A DNA stretch of 63,726 nt, filler included, from Hausera hauseri (GCA_046269625.1; 13 parts of 13 records of this genome joined end to end with filler, not necessarily neighbours in it); one strand, 5' to 3'; shown: positions 47,080-61,622, counted from the first letter of the whole stretch. Translations and numbers: made by a program. Notes: a model not told the origin generated them from the letters alone.

Positions 47080-48839
47080 ACCAAGACTGGTAAGAGATCG
47101 GTTACCCAGAAATTTGCGACCTGCCGCGGCGAGGCTGAAGCCCCGGCCGCCCACCTTATGCCACTGGGTCAGACGGCACCCTTCGTTGCCGCCCCGCGAC
47201 ATGCCCCGGCCACACGACCTCTCCTTATTTCCTATTCTTTTTCTTAAATAACAAACACATTTGCGCAAATGCAGTAAGACATTTAAACACGGCGGCAATC
47301 TATAACTTCATCTCCACTCTTCTTTGTACACCAGACTTCTACCTCACACTTTACGGCGTCACGATACCTATCGTTGGAAATCTGCATCCCTCTTCTATCT
47401 ATATTTACTTTCACATTCACTTCCGCATCTATGGTGGCATGGATTCATCACCCACTACTGATACCACGAACAAACCCACCAAACCACCGATTTCTATCAC
47501 TTACTTACCTAAATAAAATGCTTCAAACCGACACAGCACACACTCCCCACTCATTTACCATGCACAGAATACTTCCTCGACAGCAAAAACTCCACCCACA
47601 CGTGGCTAAAACAACATCAATTCTGGCACCAATCACAAAATGTCGTCGAACCTTCATCCAAAGCCAACAGCCTGTTTTTTTATTTACCTGCTTCTATCAA
47701 AACTGAAATTACAAATATCATCGATATTCTTCACCAAACCGATCTATATGCTCAACTTTATAATGTCGTTTTTAAGCTCACTGAGCCGTCGATCGACTTT
47801 ATCATTCAAAGGTTCTATATATTGACAACGCCATGGGCCTTCAGAAGCCTTCTGAATTCTTGCGCACATCTATGTCTCACCTCAGTACCCTTGGAATAAC
47901 ATCTGAGCATAGTCAAGAACTTCGTCGTTACTTTTCAAGTGCATTGCCCCTTTAAATAAGAGCTCTGCTAACTGTTGTCGAGGACTCCACGGCACTGGAA
48001 AAGTTAGCCGAACTGGCAGACAAAGCCTATGAAGTGCTGCATTCACACACAACACCAACTGTCTCTGCAACATTAACAACAAACCACCACCAACAAAATG
48101 CAATGCTGCAGCAACAAATTGCGCAATTATGCACAGACAATGAAATATTGCAAACGACAATTAACAACATAAACGAGAAATTAAATGAGTTGACGCTGCC
48201 TTGACGAGGTTTTCTAGGGCTGCTTCCCCTAATGTATTTCATCAACGACAAAGACAGTCGCCTTAGCCCACGCGGTCGTCTACTTGATACTACATAACAA
48301 ATTTGGTAACAATGCTCAGAAATGCTGCATCAGTTGTAAATTTCACTGCCCCGATTTTAATACAATCAACATCGTTTGCACATATCACTTAAAATTTTGA
48401 ACAAAAGCACAAAAATGCCTATCGGGCTGTAACTACAACACGCACAATAAAATCAACACCACTAAACCCACACAAACCAGTAGGCCAAACTCACAAGCTA
48501 CAATAAACTAATCTCGCCGCTAGGACACACGGCAAGTTCTAGCAAAGGCAACAACCTGCAAAACGATAGCCAATACATTTCTTTTGCTGCATTTACGTTG
48601 GAAGCAGCAGTCGTCATTCCAACAAAGCAAAACATTAATTTTCTCATAGACCCTGGAGCAGCAATCTCTACTACCACCAACACAGCACATCCAAAACAAC
48701 TTCATTTTAAAAAAGCAAGTGCACACTGTGTCCGGTAAATCTTTACAAACTTTTCGCGTTAGCAAATTAACTTTCACTCTTCCAAATTTCCCAAACACAT
48801 TCACTTGGAAATTTACAGTAGCCAATGTACGCACACCTA
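47080..48839 (+). mobile_element. Ty3/Gypsy family A copy 3 (GC-rich leader, gag, protease), heavily degenerate
   Basis: Leader, gag (LEKLAELADKAY) and FLIDPGAA are homologous to copies 1 and 2. Confidence 0.88.
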
Positions 48840-48939
48840 NNNNNNNNNNNNNNNNNNNNNNNNNNNNNNNNNNNNNNNNNNNNTTAATTAATTAANNNNN
48901 NNNNNNNNNNNNNNNNNNNNNNNNNNNNNNNNNNNNNNN

Positions 48940-49014
<75 letters not shown>

Positions 49015-49024
49015 AACAACAACA
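48940..49024. repeat. (CAA)n microsatellite
   Basis: Directly visible. Confidence 0.95.
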
Positions 49025-49699
49025 ATGAATTCTAGTGAAGCTGCTGCAAGTCAACCACGATACAATCAGTATTCAGTAAGAACGTCTCGGTTGTACAATG
49101 GCTACAAATTTGACTACCTACAAACGCCCATTCAATTGTCATTGGCGCAACCGGTCAAATTCAAAGAGGTAAAATACGGTGATTTGGATACGGTGGAACG
49201 TACGCTGAAAACGTCTACAGTGATTTGGTGTTTTTCAATGACATTCGGGACACATCATCACTTTTTCTCAAGGGCAATATGAAAAATATTGTCCGTTCAA
49301 GTGATGATGAAACAACAACAACAATAGAAGCGACGACGTTGCTATCCGAAGGTGCTAAAGGCTATCTAACACTGAAATTGAAAGGCTACAAAGAACTTCG
49401 GGGTGTTAAATCGCCAATGTGGAAATTGGGTAAATTTAGTTTGATTTGACTTGCCTTTTGTGTTTTATGATTAATAAATTATTGATTTTACGTTTCTCTT
49501 AATTTGTTATTTTTATTAAATACTTTACATAATAATACGTTAAATTCAAAAGACAAAACAAAATACGTGGAACAAATATACATTATTTACAAAAATCAAA
49601 TAACATCGAGTGTCATAGTTTATAAATTGTACTGATCTGACTGCCTTCGTCTGAGCTGTCTGACTATGCATGTGCTTTACTTCAACCACCAATGCCTAT

Positions 49700-52600
49700 A
49701 CGCCCAACTCTTATTTCGCCCCACCCATTTTCGATTGTCATCGTTGCATGACAAAGCAACCTTCTTATTTGTTATGGTATACAGCTAATGCTCAATCGAT
49801 CGTATGGTCGTTTGAGACACACCAGACTTTCCTTCTCCGTCTTCTTGTCCATCATAGACGCGGCGATAATTACCGTGATTTATTTCCGTGGGCCCGCATT
49901 TTCGGCCCACAGTCCGTCAGAAGACTGTAACACTTTTGGCGCAAAAATATCCATTCCCTGTATTGAACCCGGCCTTCACTTTTGTCCTTGAAGCAGCCGA
50001 TTTTGTTTGTTATCGCGCTGCTGTACAGTGGATGGTTCTGCGGGTAGTTGGACGTGTCCGGTAGTCCATCTGACATCATTTGTCGGAGCAGCTGGTTTCA
50101 ATTAATGTTTTTCAGCTGAAGGAAAAAGCTGTTTGTGTCATCGGCAACGATACTGATCTCACAGCCGCCGCCGCCAAACATTTGCCGGTAACGTCCCAAG
50201 TCGCGATACTGGAGCTCGTACATTCGCAACGTGCTCAGGTCCAATACCACTTGTCCGATGTAACTTGGCCGGTCCAGTACAACTTATTCCCGGTTTAGAA
50301 GCACGGCGACAAATCCATCGGCAATGTGCAATGACCGCCTAAATTGAGTCTTGCTGGTGTACGTAACCAGTCGTTTTTCGTTGTTGCACAGGCGCACATT
50401 AAGCCACTTCTTCAGATTTTCCACTGTTTACCCGTACAGTGAATTGTTTTTGAGCTTGTAATAGTCCTTTTCGAACTTTGTACAAGCTGCGGCTCGTTTT
50501 TCTGAATTTCCATCAATGTATGCCTTGAATTTCGGCGCCTGATTGAATTTGATTGCTTGATGCAGCTGTGTGATGCGTATACCGAGCTGTATGTGGAACT
50601 GTAGCAGACACCAATGGACCACGTAATTCAGCTTCGGTTCATGCGTCATGAGCAGTTTCTTCACTTTTGAGCCTGGCGGACATTGGTTAAATGATGCGAC
50701 CGGTAAATCGTCCAAAACGTTATGCAGCTCATCTGGTATCTCGAGATCGACCTCCATCAGGTATCCGACTGAGCCTGCCATGTCTGTTTGTGGTAGGTTG
50801 ACCATTATGTCATCCAGATTTTGTCTGTAGACGACCCATTCAATTGAACCGTACGGCAAGGTTTGCGAAAGCGCCCAGCCGTACAGGTTGTTAATATCAA
50901 TATACAGCAGTGATGTGATATGTGTAGCACTGACCTGATGCTTGTTGACAAATGTCATGCCACCGCGAATACCAACATCAAACAGCCGGTACATTTCCGA
51001 GTCTTGCAGCAGCTCAGCGTCTCCATCCAGTGACATTAGAGCTGATGCCAAACTCATTCCCGATATGGAATAAAAGTTAAGTGGCTCTAACCTATCTTCT
51101 GCCAGTGCTTTGGTCCGATATGCTTCGAACACGTCGGCTAATAAGTACACGCCCAGTTTAAGATACTGGATCATGTAATTCAACATGTTTCTACAGCCCA
51201 GTTCTGTCCAAGATTTTTGTGCTCTCCGATATTCATCTTCTGCGATACTTGTCAATCGCGGCGATAATTCCTTTGCTGTCCGGAGTCGCCTATCTGATGT
51301 TGCAAAGTCATGGAAATATGCCTTTGCTGCGTACAATATGTGCAGGGAACTGCGTCAGTGCTAGCGACACATCTGGCAAGGCATTTACCAGCTTTGTTAG
51401 AGATTCATTGAGAAATTGCAATGAATCAAGGAAGCGTACCTGGAATCGGTTTACTTATGCCGACAGCGATAGGTATTTCTCCATTGTCGTTGGGATTATG
51501 GGCAGTTCCCAGTGCGGAAAGCCGTTAATGGCCCATTTGAGTATATGGTGACAATCATAACCTCTGAAATTATGAAAGATCACCGGCAGGAATGGTCGCA
51601 CTCGCCTTGCTAAATTGCATGAATTTCATGCTGCTCCCAAGTATCGACCGGTGAAATGATCGTGATCCGGTACGAGCCGTTCCTGTGCATCAAAACGTAT
51701 TATTTTGTGGCACAGATAGCATTCATCGGTGACATCGAAGAGCAACGGTTCATATTCGTCTGCCCAAATCAATGGGTTATTGCAATTGTTGCGATACCAT
51801 GGTGCGATTTCCGTTTCCACTATGATTTCCAACTGCTGTAGAAAATCACGTACACAGTTCCAACCATGGAAAACATAATACTGCGGTTGTCCGGCGACTT
51901 TTATTGGTACTAGCAACATACCGACAGTAATTGGAACGTACTTTTGATCGTATACATTATGTCGTGGTAGAAATGCTTCGATATCGGCATGCACCACATA
52001 TGCAGGACTGTCCGTTTTTGATCAGTCACTGAATCTCAACTCATTTTTGACGGGCATAACATACATTGAGGTTCCTGACGAAGTTTGTCTGCACAGCGCC
52101 ACATGATTTTCCCATGTATCATTTGACCGAAATCCATGCAGACACACGGGACACCCCTTGCACCGTATACGCTTTTTGATGAACTGGTCATGCTTCGTGT
52201 TCAACAATCTGTTAAATTGGTCACGGCCGTGTAATAAAACTTTTCTTCATTCTCCAACAGCAACAAATTTACTGGGCGTCCAAACTGGATTTCGACTGCG
52301 GTAAATTATGTCCACGTGAGGATTCTTGTAAATTTCCTAATCCACCGGTATCTCTACGATTGTGCTGAACCGGAACACGTTGATTGCCAATGTCGGATTA
52401 CGCCATTCAAAAGCCGGAATGGTTTTGAGTTCCATCGGCATCCAACACTCATCGTAGTCCAATTCTGAGAAATACCGCCAGCGACTGCTTCAAGAACATC
52501 CGGACACATGTCACTCGTCTTGGTCAGAATAAAGCCGAGTGGCAATCTTTGAAATTCGCCAACCACTGCCATTTTCGGTATATTTGGCGATTTTTTCGTC

Positions 52601-53513
52601 AAGCCTTTCCCCTACATCGTCAATAAAATCCTCAGAGTATGGTACGGCTCGATGTGACAGGTACCATTGTTTCCTTTCACCCTGCAAATTTTCAAATTTT
52701 GCAAGTGCATAATATTGAACTTTGCAATGGTGTTATTGGAGTTTGGCCACCTCTGATTCCAACCGGTTACGCACATTAGCAGTTACATCCTTCAATTGCG
52801 TTGCTGTTTTCACCGAAATGTCCACCTTCATGTCCGCGTAAGATTTGTGCAGGCCGTACTTGACAGTAAAGGAGTGTTCACGTTCCTGCTGCTGCAGCTG
52901 TTTCTGACTTCTGTTGTTTTGAAAGTATTCGTCAAGGCTTGCTGATGCTTGACGCTTCCTGCTGCTTCTTGCTGCGTCCATTAATATTTCCTTTTTGGAC
53001 CTCTGAGACTAGCTCAAGTGGTCCTTGTGGTTCTTGTAGAATTGTTCATAATTGACTTGCGTCTCAACTATAGAATAACTGGGACATACATAGGCCCGTT
53101 TACAATGCACCATTGTGGTTGTTGTTCTTTTGTACCATAGTACTGCTACATTGAACTATGGCAACCATCAACGTCATACACCTTACAAGTACAGTAACAT
53201 GGGTGTGGGGCAATGCACATGCATCATCTTGGACCATGTGAGCGGACCGAGATGATGTTTGTGCATCTCATAAAAGTCGTGGTACGGGCATATGCTTTGA
53301 ATAAAACACACGAGACACAGGTACGTGTCCTTGGACACTGAATAATATTTGGCCATTTCCTTGTGACATTGTCCACCCTCATGCATGCGGGAGACGCAAT
53401 ACATGGGATATTGCCAACATTTCTGAATGAAAAACAAATGAAAGTAAATGTTAAACGGAAACAAATAAAAATGTATTAATTATAAATAAATAAATTTAAC
53501 TACAATACACCAT
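49700..53513 (-). pseudogene. Near full-length degenerate Polinton group-2 pPolB (family divergent from the copies in contigs 1 and 2)
   Basis: VHADIEA, DHDHFTGRYLGAA, FHNFRGYDCH, YLLADVFEAYR, GIRGG, YIDINNLYGWAL, YYKLKNNSLYGK, IGCFKDKSEG; Cys/His repeat region at 53000-53420. Confidence 0.92.
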
Positions 53514-53592
53514 AACTTATTCCCCTTACTGCAGTCTCAGACGTCGCCTAAATCGGCTATAAACGTTTATCAACATTACTACACTAAATCAA

Positions 53593-53874
53593 ATGGAAGA
53601 GTATATTGAAAGTGAAATTCAGAGATTGACCGATGACATTTTCACCAGACATTTGTTTAATGTACACTTTTTATATGATCTCATAGAAACGAGAATAATA
53701 AGCGGGCGAAAATACATTGAACTGATAGTCAGATCGCTCTTTGTAAAACGTATCGAGGATAAAATGAGACAAAAACGGCGACAACGACAACGACAGCGCA
53801 TTAATTTCCTCATTGGACTTGCATTTTCTGCTTCGCTTTGTATTGTAATGAAAAAGTTGATTGACCGTATGTAA
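53593..53874 (+). CDS. Small basic protein with C-terminal hydrophobic helix, divergent from pPolB (probable Polinton accessory gene)
   Basis: Intact 93-aa ORF; TATAAA about 35 bp upstream; RQKRRQRQRQR followed by FLIGLAFSASLCIVM. Confidence 0.5.
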   Translation: MEEYIESEIQRLTDDIFTRHLFNVHFLYDLIETRIISGRKYIELIVRSLFVKRIEDKMRQKRRQRQRQRINFLIGLAFSASLCIVMKKLIDRM

Positions 53875-55221
53875 TCACATATACACACATATATTATTTT
53901 GCTGTGTTTTTTTCGTGAATCAATATAATTTATTTGTTATATTTCAGTATAAATATATGAGCTTCTTTACGGCATTACATTACGACATGTCCCATTTAAC
54001 AGAACTCATTCGTTTATATCACTCGTTTGACGGTCTCCGGAGTCACCTTTACATCTTGATCGACCTTTACATGATGCACGATACTGTTCTCCCGAAGAGA
54101 TACTCCAGCGCGCTGAGGAGAATTGGAGAGCACGAGAACGTTATCTACGACATANNNNNNNNNNNNNNNNNNNNNNNNNNNNNNNNNNNNNNNNNNNNTT
54201 AATTAATTAANNNNNNNNNNNNNNNNNNNNNNNNNNNNNNNNNNNNNNNNNNNNTCGAGCGTCTGCACTTGTTGACCTTGGTGCCATTATGTTTTAATGA
54301 TCTACTGTAGATCGCCTTATAAGACATTGTCTATGTTTGGGTTGTCTGGTAGCAGAATATTTCTTAGCTCCTGAAGTGTGGGACGAGACAGCTGTGGTGC
54401 TCCATTGTCTCATACTGGTGTGTTCAATGTTTACATCTTGCTGTAGTCTGTGGGTTTAGTTTGTTTCTGTGGGCATTTAGTGTGGCGTGGCCAGTTAATC
54501 TCTAGATGTGTGTTAGGTACTTTCGTTCAATTCACGGCAAGCATAACACTACCACACTGGGGACCTCGATACATTTTCTAGGTAACCACTGGGACTGTAG
54601 GAAAGCTCTGTGTACTCTCCAACAGTTCTTTTTTACCGCTTGAGTAGCTCTTATTATGGGCGCATCCAAAAAAATTCATCGCTCGGTGACATGGACTTCA
54701 TCAGCACCAACAACACTTTTACTGAAATCTGCTTTGGCATTTGCTATTTTTGTTTTGGGTCCAGATAAACTGTCTTTATGTATAGTTCATTCCCAGTAAC
54801 ATATATTTAAATATATGTGTGAATCTTTAAAAAGATTGACGGGTCACCTTTATGTCAATTTTCAATTAGTACATTTACAAGAACGGCAACTTCAAGCCAT
54901 TATAAGTCATATAAAGTCTTGTACAAATTTTTTACCACCAAATTTTTCCACACTTCTGCACGAGGCTTTTAATCGGAACTTTCATTACTTTTTATCTTTC
55001 CCGACGCTTTTTACCAAGATTTTTGGAGACTTTTGAAGCCTTTTTCCTCCTGCCGCCCTCTCCACCCCTTGCACCCCCGGGTTGGCGCGGCCCTGTCTAT
55101 TAGAAAGGCTATTGATAGGTCCTGGATCTGTCTTAAACTTTGAATTCGAAGTTTATACCACAAATTTTTATACCTGAGGAAAATGACCCTAGGCCTCAGG
55201 AACTCATTTAGCCGTTATGTC

Positions 55222-56380
55222 CAGGCGCGGACTGGCCCGGGGGGGTTGGGGGTCCAAACCCCTCCCGGGCCCTCGCCAGATTGGGGCCCCTGGGCCCTTC
55301 TCTCAAACAGGTTAAGTCAGGCGGTCGGCGGGCCAGATCATTTCGGTTAGGCTTCCATTATAAAAAGTATAATAAACAAAAATGTATCTTGAATGAATTT
55401 AAACGTTCAAAAAATACCGCTCATCGTTTACCATCCACTTCTACATTCTACAGTCGATATTATTCAAGACGTTATTTCCTTGTTGCCGGTGGCTGATCTT
55501 CCTACGTAAACAACTCATTACACATCGTTGTCCTACCTCTTGGCTGGCTGTTATACTGTGTTGTTCTACTCAAGGTTACTATATAACGATTCTGCGTTAT
55601 AGAGTCGTATCTGGTATTTTTCAAAATAGCATTATATATTTCAAAACTAATTGATATACCCATATATGCAATCAAACTCTGTTAATATAAGTAAGAAAAA
55701 AATTCATGAAATGACTCGTATTAGCTGTTACTCGTAAAATCCGTGAAAAATAGAAAAAAAGGATTTGCTTTATAAAATTAAAATTAGTCTACTAATTCTG
55801 ACTTGCCTTTTCGGGTTTTCTTTTTTATCAGCGTTTTATTCTTTCGCGAATAATGTCCAAAATTGTCCGAGATGGTTTGTAAACAAATTCCCATCCACCC
55901 AAAGCAATCTCATCTTTCTTTGAGTGCTACCACAGTCGTGACCTCTATAGAATTAAAAGTTTTATTGCAATTTTTGATAAATTTTTTCGATTTTATTGCA
56001 GTACTTTAAACGAGGATGCCTATTCAGAAAAATCTGAGATGGTAGTCTTTCAGAGATAGATAAGTGTGAACCAGAACTTTGCAATGAAAGAGGTAACAAT
56101 ATTGGGGGGGGGGGCGATGAATTATTTAATTTTTTACGGTAGAAATTTCTTCCTATTAACCTAAATCTTGTTCATTATACTGGTAAGAAACGTGTAACTA
56201 TTAATATAACAGAATAGGAAACAAAACTTCTATTTTGAATTGCTCGTTTTAGCCGGGATCCCGTTTAAAGTGTGCTCGTAATAAGTGAGTTTAACTGTAT
56301 ATATATTATTCCTTGTTTTCCTGATAAACGCTCCCAACTCAACCCCCCCCCCCGGGGCTTTTTGAGCCAGTCCGCCACTG
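55222..56380. mobile_element. Non-autonomous hAT-like DNA element
   Basis: Imperfect TIRs CAGGCGCGGACTGGC / GCCAGTCCGCCACTG with G/C-rich subterminal runs; no clean 8-bp TSD. Confidence 0.5.
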
Positions 56381-57897
56381 GGTAAGCACAGTATAGAGAA
56401 TCGAATTTTTTTAAGATCTGAAAGCTGCTATTATTTTACTACCATTGTGCATACTTATGTTATACTATTATAGACACTTGTAATCGGAGAGGGGATGAAA
56501 GGTACCACTTAATAATAGAATTGTGAAAGTCTTTAATTACGGTACTAATAAGCGATAACAAAATGAAGATTTATTGTATTTAGGCTCCACTTCTCACTGT
56601 ACTTGTTTTTTAAAAGCATTTTTATTCTTTTATTGGATGATTTCCCGTTAAAAGTGTAAAGTTTTGCGAATTTCTGTATTAAACTATTGCTTTGAAACTG
56701 TTACTTTGCAATTCTTCTAAATGGGAATATAATATCTTTACGATTAAAAATTCTTTGCTTTTTACATATACACTTTATACAATTGTAAATTAAATGTATA
56801 CAAAGTATGATGTTTTGAAAAAATCGGGGTTTCATTATACAGGTTATATATGACATATGAGAAGTTTTACATGTTTAATAAAACTTAAATATACTATGTG
56901 TATTTTTAATTATAACATTATGTACAAATGTAATGTAAGTTCCTAATTATTATATTATATTTTTATTTAGAATTCCTTTCAAACAATCAGTAATAAGAAA
57001 ACGTGATTAATTTATAGAAGCATTACTTAGATTCTATAAAAATGTATTTTATCTGTGAGACAGAAAAATTAAAATGCAAATTAATTAAAATATACATATT
57101 AGTGTATTAATATATTTTAATTATTATACTGAAATCCTTATATGCTTCAAAAAGAAGCTTAATTGGCCAAAGGATAGGAGGCAGAGATTTCCAAAATCCG
57201 GGATTCCTAAAACCCAGACTAAGTCTGAATGATAGTTTCACTTTATTTTTTTTTATACGTTTTTTTCATTTTTGTCGATTCGGCATCAGTTATTGGCTCC
57301 GCTAATAAAAAAATCAGTATTTCAAAACCAAGATATTTAACACAAATGTTATTTGTTGTTTGCTTCTTTGAGTATTGTAACTATTATTATTACTTGCATT
57401 TTAAAACACTGTAATAAGAAAATGTCAATCAAGTTAATTATTGAATGATTCGTAATGAACTATACCTATGAAAAGATGGGCCACCTCGACGACTCTTTTC
57501 ATTGCAATTAATTGCACAACATAAAACCATTCTTTAAAAAAAGAAAATTACTTTAAACGTGAAAACTAACGCAACACTTCTAAGATATGAGCACTTGCTA
57601 ATTCCAAGTCGGACACTGGAACTGGAACTGATGTGTTGTTTGTTGGGCTGCCTGGCTCGGCTAGAGCACTACACCCGATGTAAGAAAGTAAATATTTGAC
57701 ACAATTTCCCTATATGGGAGCCCACAAGGAGTAACTGCAGTAAAACTGCGTAGAGGATAGAACAGAGTAATAAAATAAAGAAGTTCCATGAACCAGCATA
57801 CGTTACAAAGACTTGGGTGGAAGGATGTTAAGACTTCCCGAAAACATGGTTTTTTGATATATATTTAATTGCACATAAAATTGTGCTATTATTATTA

Positions 57898-59334
57898 TTT
57901 TTTTTTTTAAATAAATATAACTGTTAATCATGTGATTAACATATTTATAATTTTTTTTTTATCATGTAACTGTTAATCATGTGATTAACATAGATAAGAT
58001 TTTTTTTTTACAATATTTACAAGCTAACTCTGCCATATGCAGATAGAGAGAGATTGGATTCTTGTTTGCTATTCTTTTAAACAGAGAGACATTTTGGGTC
58101 TTTTTCTATTTTCAGCCCAGGAGGGCACGTAGTCCGGTATTTCTGCGACGATCTCATTAGGGAGGTCAAAAAGTGTATCATAGAATTTTTTTGCAAGTTT
58201 GCGTATTCTTTCTGGGAGAGAGGTCGTTTTCAGGTCCCGGCGAATTGTTGTATTCCGTAAGTAGCGGCTGCCGTCCCTAATATATCTAAGTGTTTTGTTA
58301 TGGAAACCTTTCATTTTTCTTATATTTGATTGGCAAACGAAGCCCCATACTGGGCATGCATATGTAAGGATGGGGAGGATACAGGAGTTATATAATAGTA
58401 TTTTATTTTTTCGGTTTAGATCTTTTCCTAGTAAGAGACATTTGAGGGCTTTGTACATGCCGATTGCTTTGGCAAAGACATTTTTGAGGTGCTTGTTCCA
58501 CGTTAGTCTTCTGTCCATGGTGACTCCGAGGTAGCAAGTGTCATTGTCCCATTCAATGGGGGTGTTGTTGATTATTATTCTGCTTGGGGCGATCGTTTTG
58601 AATGAGAAAAATACTGCTTTGCATTTATCTTCGTTTAATTTTATGCGCCAACGGTTACACCATTGCGTGAATTTTTCTACATGTTTTTGAAGGTTTCGTG
58701 CCAGGTAATTAGTGTTTTTACTTTTTGCTAGGATGGCGGTATCGTCCGCGTACAGTGCGAGGGAAGTATTTTCCGAGCGGGGGATATCATTAAAATAAAT
58801 GTTGAATAAGGTTGGGCCTAGCACCGAACCCTGAAGGATTCCTGAACTGATTGGTTTTGTGTTGGAGAGCGTGTTATTGATTCTAACATAGAACTGCCTA
58901 TCGGTGAGATATGAGTGTGTGAGTTTTATGATGTTTTCAGGGAGTTGAAGTTTTATCATTTTGTATATTAATGCGTTATGTTCGATCTTGTCAAAGGCCT
59001 TGTAAATATCCATAAATACCGCACCTACGGGGGTTTTACTCTGGAGGCCCGATGAGATGTATTCAACCACTCTTAGGAGTTGGTGTACAGTAGAATGTTT
59101 ATGCCGGAACCCGAATTGTTCCGGGATAATTACATTTTGTATTTCTAGGTGCTCGTGAAGTCTTTTGATAATTATTCTTTCAGTTATCTTTGCAATAGCT
59201 GGGAGGAGGCTGATTGGCCTATAGTTGGATGGAATTTGAGGGTTAGTGTTTGGTTTGGGGATAGGTGCAATTATTGACGTTTTCCATACTTTAGGAAAGT
59301 AGTTTAGCTCAAGGATACCATTTATTATACAGGA
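57898..59334 (-). mobile_element. Non-LTR (LINE, Jockey/I-like) retrotransposon 3' end: RT, 3' UTR, poly(A)
   Basis: Frame open from the contig end to 58069: NYRPISLL, QFGFR, DIYKAFD, QGSVLGP, YADD, YLG; A tracts downstream. Confidence 0.93.
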
Positions 59335-61109
59335 NNNNNNNNNNNNNNNNNNNNNNNNNNNNNNNNNNNNNNNNNNNNTTAATTAATTAANNNNNNNNNN
59401 NNNNNNNNNNNNNNNNNNNNNNNNNNNNNNNNNNGAAATCCGAGTAGGATCGACACGGAGCCTGGCGACGTCTCGAGTGAGTTGTTCGCCGGATGGTCAG
59501 GTTGTGGTGCTCGGATCGGACCGGTTTAGTGATAGCCGAAGGAGCAACAGCTGAGTTTTCCTCGCTGATTTCTGTCGGTGCGGGTATTTTCGGTATTCTG
59601 TACCCCGATGTTAGGGATGCCGTCGTTCGGCAAAGGACCGTATCGGCTGGAATGGCCGTTGTACTGCTCCGGGCGATCGGTTCGCCGGGTTTAGCGGTTC
59701 TGGATGCTTTGACTAAGTCCGTTCCTTTTGTAATTTTGTCGGAAACGGATTTGTCCTTTGAAACTCCGGTAGTTTGGGAAATCTCGTTGTGTCGTGGCAT
59801 GATGTTGTTTTCTTTTTTCGTTTTTCAAATGGAACTGTTCAATCTCTGAACTGTGGATTTAAACAAAAGCTTAAATCCACAGATCTTGATTGCTTTTATT
59901 TGTCGCAAGTGCTGGTTACTCCAGCGCTTGTACTGCTGATTTTTAAATTTCAGGGGTTTAAATTTTTGTAGTTTTAATGAATTCGTGATTTTGTGTTGTG
60001 ATTTAGATTTTTACGATTGATTGAATTTATTTTGGTTCATATTTAATTTTGAAAGTATTTTAGTTAATTTAATTTTTTGAAATTAGAATATTTTTACGGA
60101 TTTGGTTTGATATTAAATTTTATTTTAAATTTTGTTGTAAGGTGGAACCTTACAAGGCTCCCCCGCCTGAAAAATAAAATTAAAATCAGGGATTTTAATT
60201 TTAAAATTATTGTGGTAGTGTAAAGTTTTCAAAATATTTAGCAGTTTTTCGAACTATGAATTTTCCATCTGTAAAATTCGTGACTGAATATTTTCAAGAA
60301 ATTAAATGTCATCCAATTTTTATCTGAAAAAAAAGTTTGACAGACATTTTAGAGACGCTCGAATTTTATGACAAAGTTAAATATTATAAGTGCAATGTGA
60401 ATTCGAAAAATGTGTAGTAGTGCATTTGGAAAAAAAATTTTTTAAAGGGGAGTGTCTTACGTAATAACCCAATTGTGTACCGAGTAAAAATTCGGTCTAG
60501 TTCGTTAATAGAACTATAAATTTTAAATTTTGCAAATATCGTAAACCCTAAAATATTTTCATTTCTTAATTAGATTATTTAAAGTTGATATAGAATTTTG
60601 TCTAGTTTGTCTTCCATTGTGTGAATGTGACAGATTCCACTGAATGATCATAACGAAATTAATCAAATTTTAATGGCACCTAGATATTTATGAAACTTGA
60701 TTATATTGCAAGTTACTTAAAATTTAATTGATATAATTGTTTTGAACTCGTAATTTGGCCATATTTTGACAAATTTGTTTGAATATTCATTTGTTTATTG
60801 CTAATTTTTAAATTTAAGTTTCTCATCCGATATCCAACGGCTAATTTAAGGTTATTTCTCAGGTTTAATTTTTGGTAGAAGTTTTCTCGATAAAAGAAAT
60901 TGTCAATTATTCGGATGGGTATGATGATATCGAACTTTGATTTGATCTAAAATAATCAACATGCTTAAATAACTATGTAATTTTATTACTAAATGTTGGT
61001 CAAAATTTCATTACGAACTATTCTCCATTTTTTTTACTAATATTTTATAGTGTCATTTACATAAATACTAACATACGTATAATTTTTAAAAAAGGTAATT
61101 AACTTTCAG

Positions 61110-61622
61110 ATGCATAGAGCTGATCCAGAAAGTCTGAAGAGTGTTTTTAACAAATATGCTAGTGTTGAAGTGGGTGGGCGACGGTACACGAAACCGAAAG
61201 ATTTTGTCGTTGATTATCTTCAATTATTTGATTCTACGAATTTTAATAGTAATTCTGTTGAAATCATTGCATCCGTAGTCGATACAACGAAAGATGGGTA
61301 ATTTTTACAAACTATTTTCAAGCTTTTTAAGATTGATATCTTTAGAGGATTTTTCAGCTTTTGAAAATCTCCTTTGTACTCCGGATGCAACGGCTTTTCA
61401 AATGTTTGATGAAAATGGCAATGGTTATATTACGTTTGGTATTAGATAATTTTTAACTGAAAGTTTAGTCATTTATTTTTAGGTGAATTTAAACACGTGT
61501 ACAGTGCAACATTGATAAATGATCATTTTCCATTTAATTTGGATACACCGTTTATTAAATTGCATTTCGGTGAAAATAAGCAACGTCTTGTCAATTATCA
61601 TGAATTTACTTAGACAATTCAT
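61110..61622 (+). pseudogene. SLC25A12: Aralar/citrin (SLC25A12/13) EF-hand N-terminal fragment; three exons, introns of 34 and 44 nt, premature TAG
   Basis: RADPESLKSVFNKYAS...VDTTKDG|[19 protein letters not shown]...[14 protein letters not shown]|GEFK...LHFGENKQR...EFT*. Confidence 0.88.
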
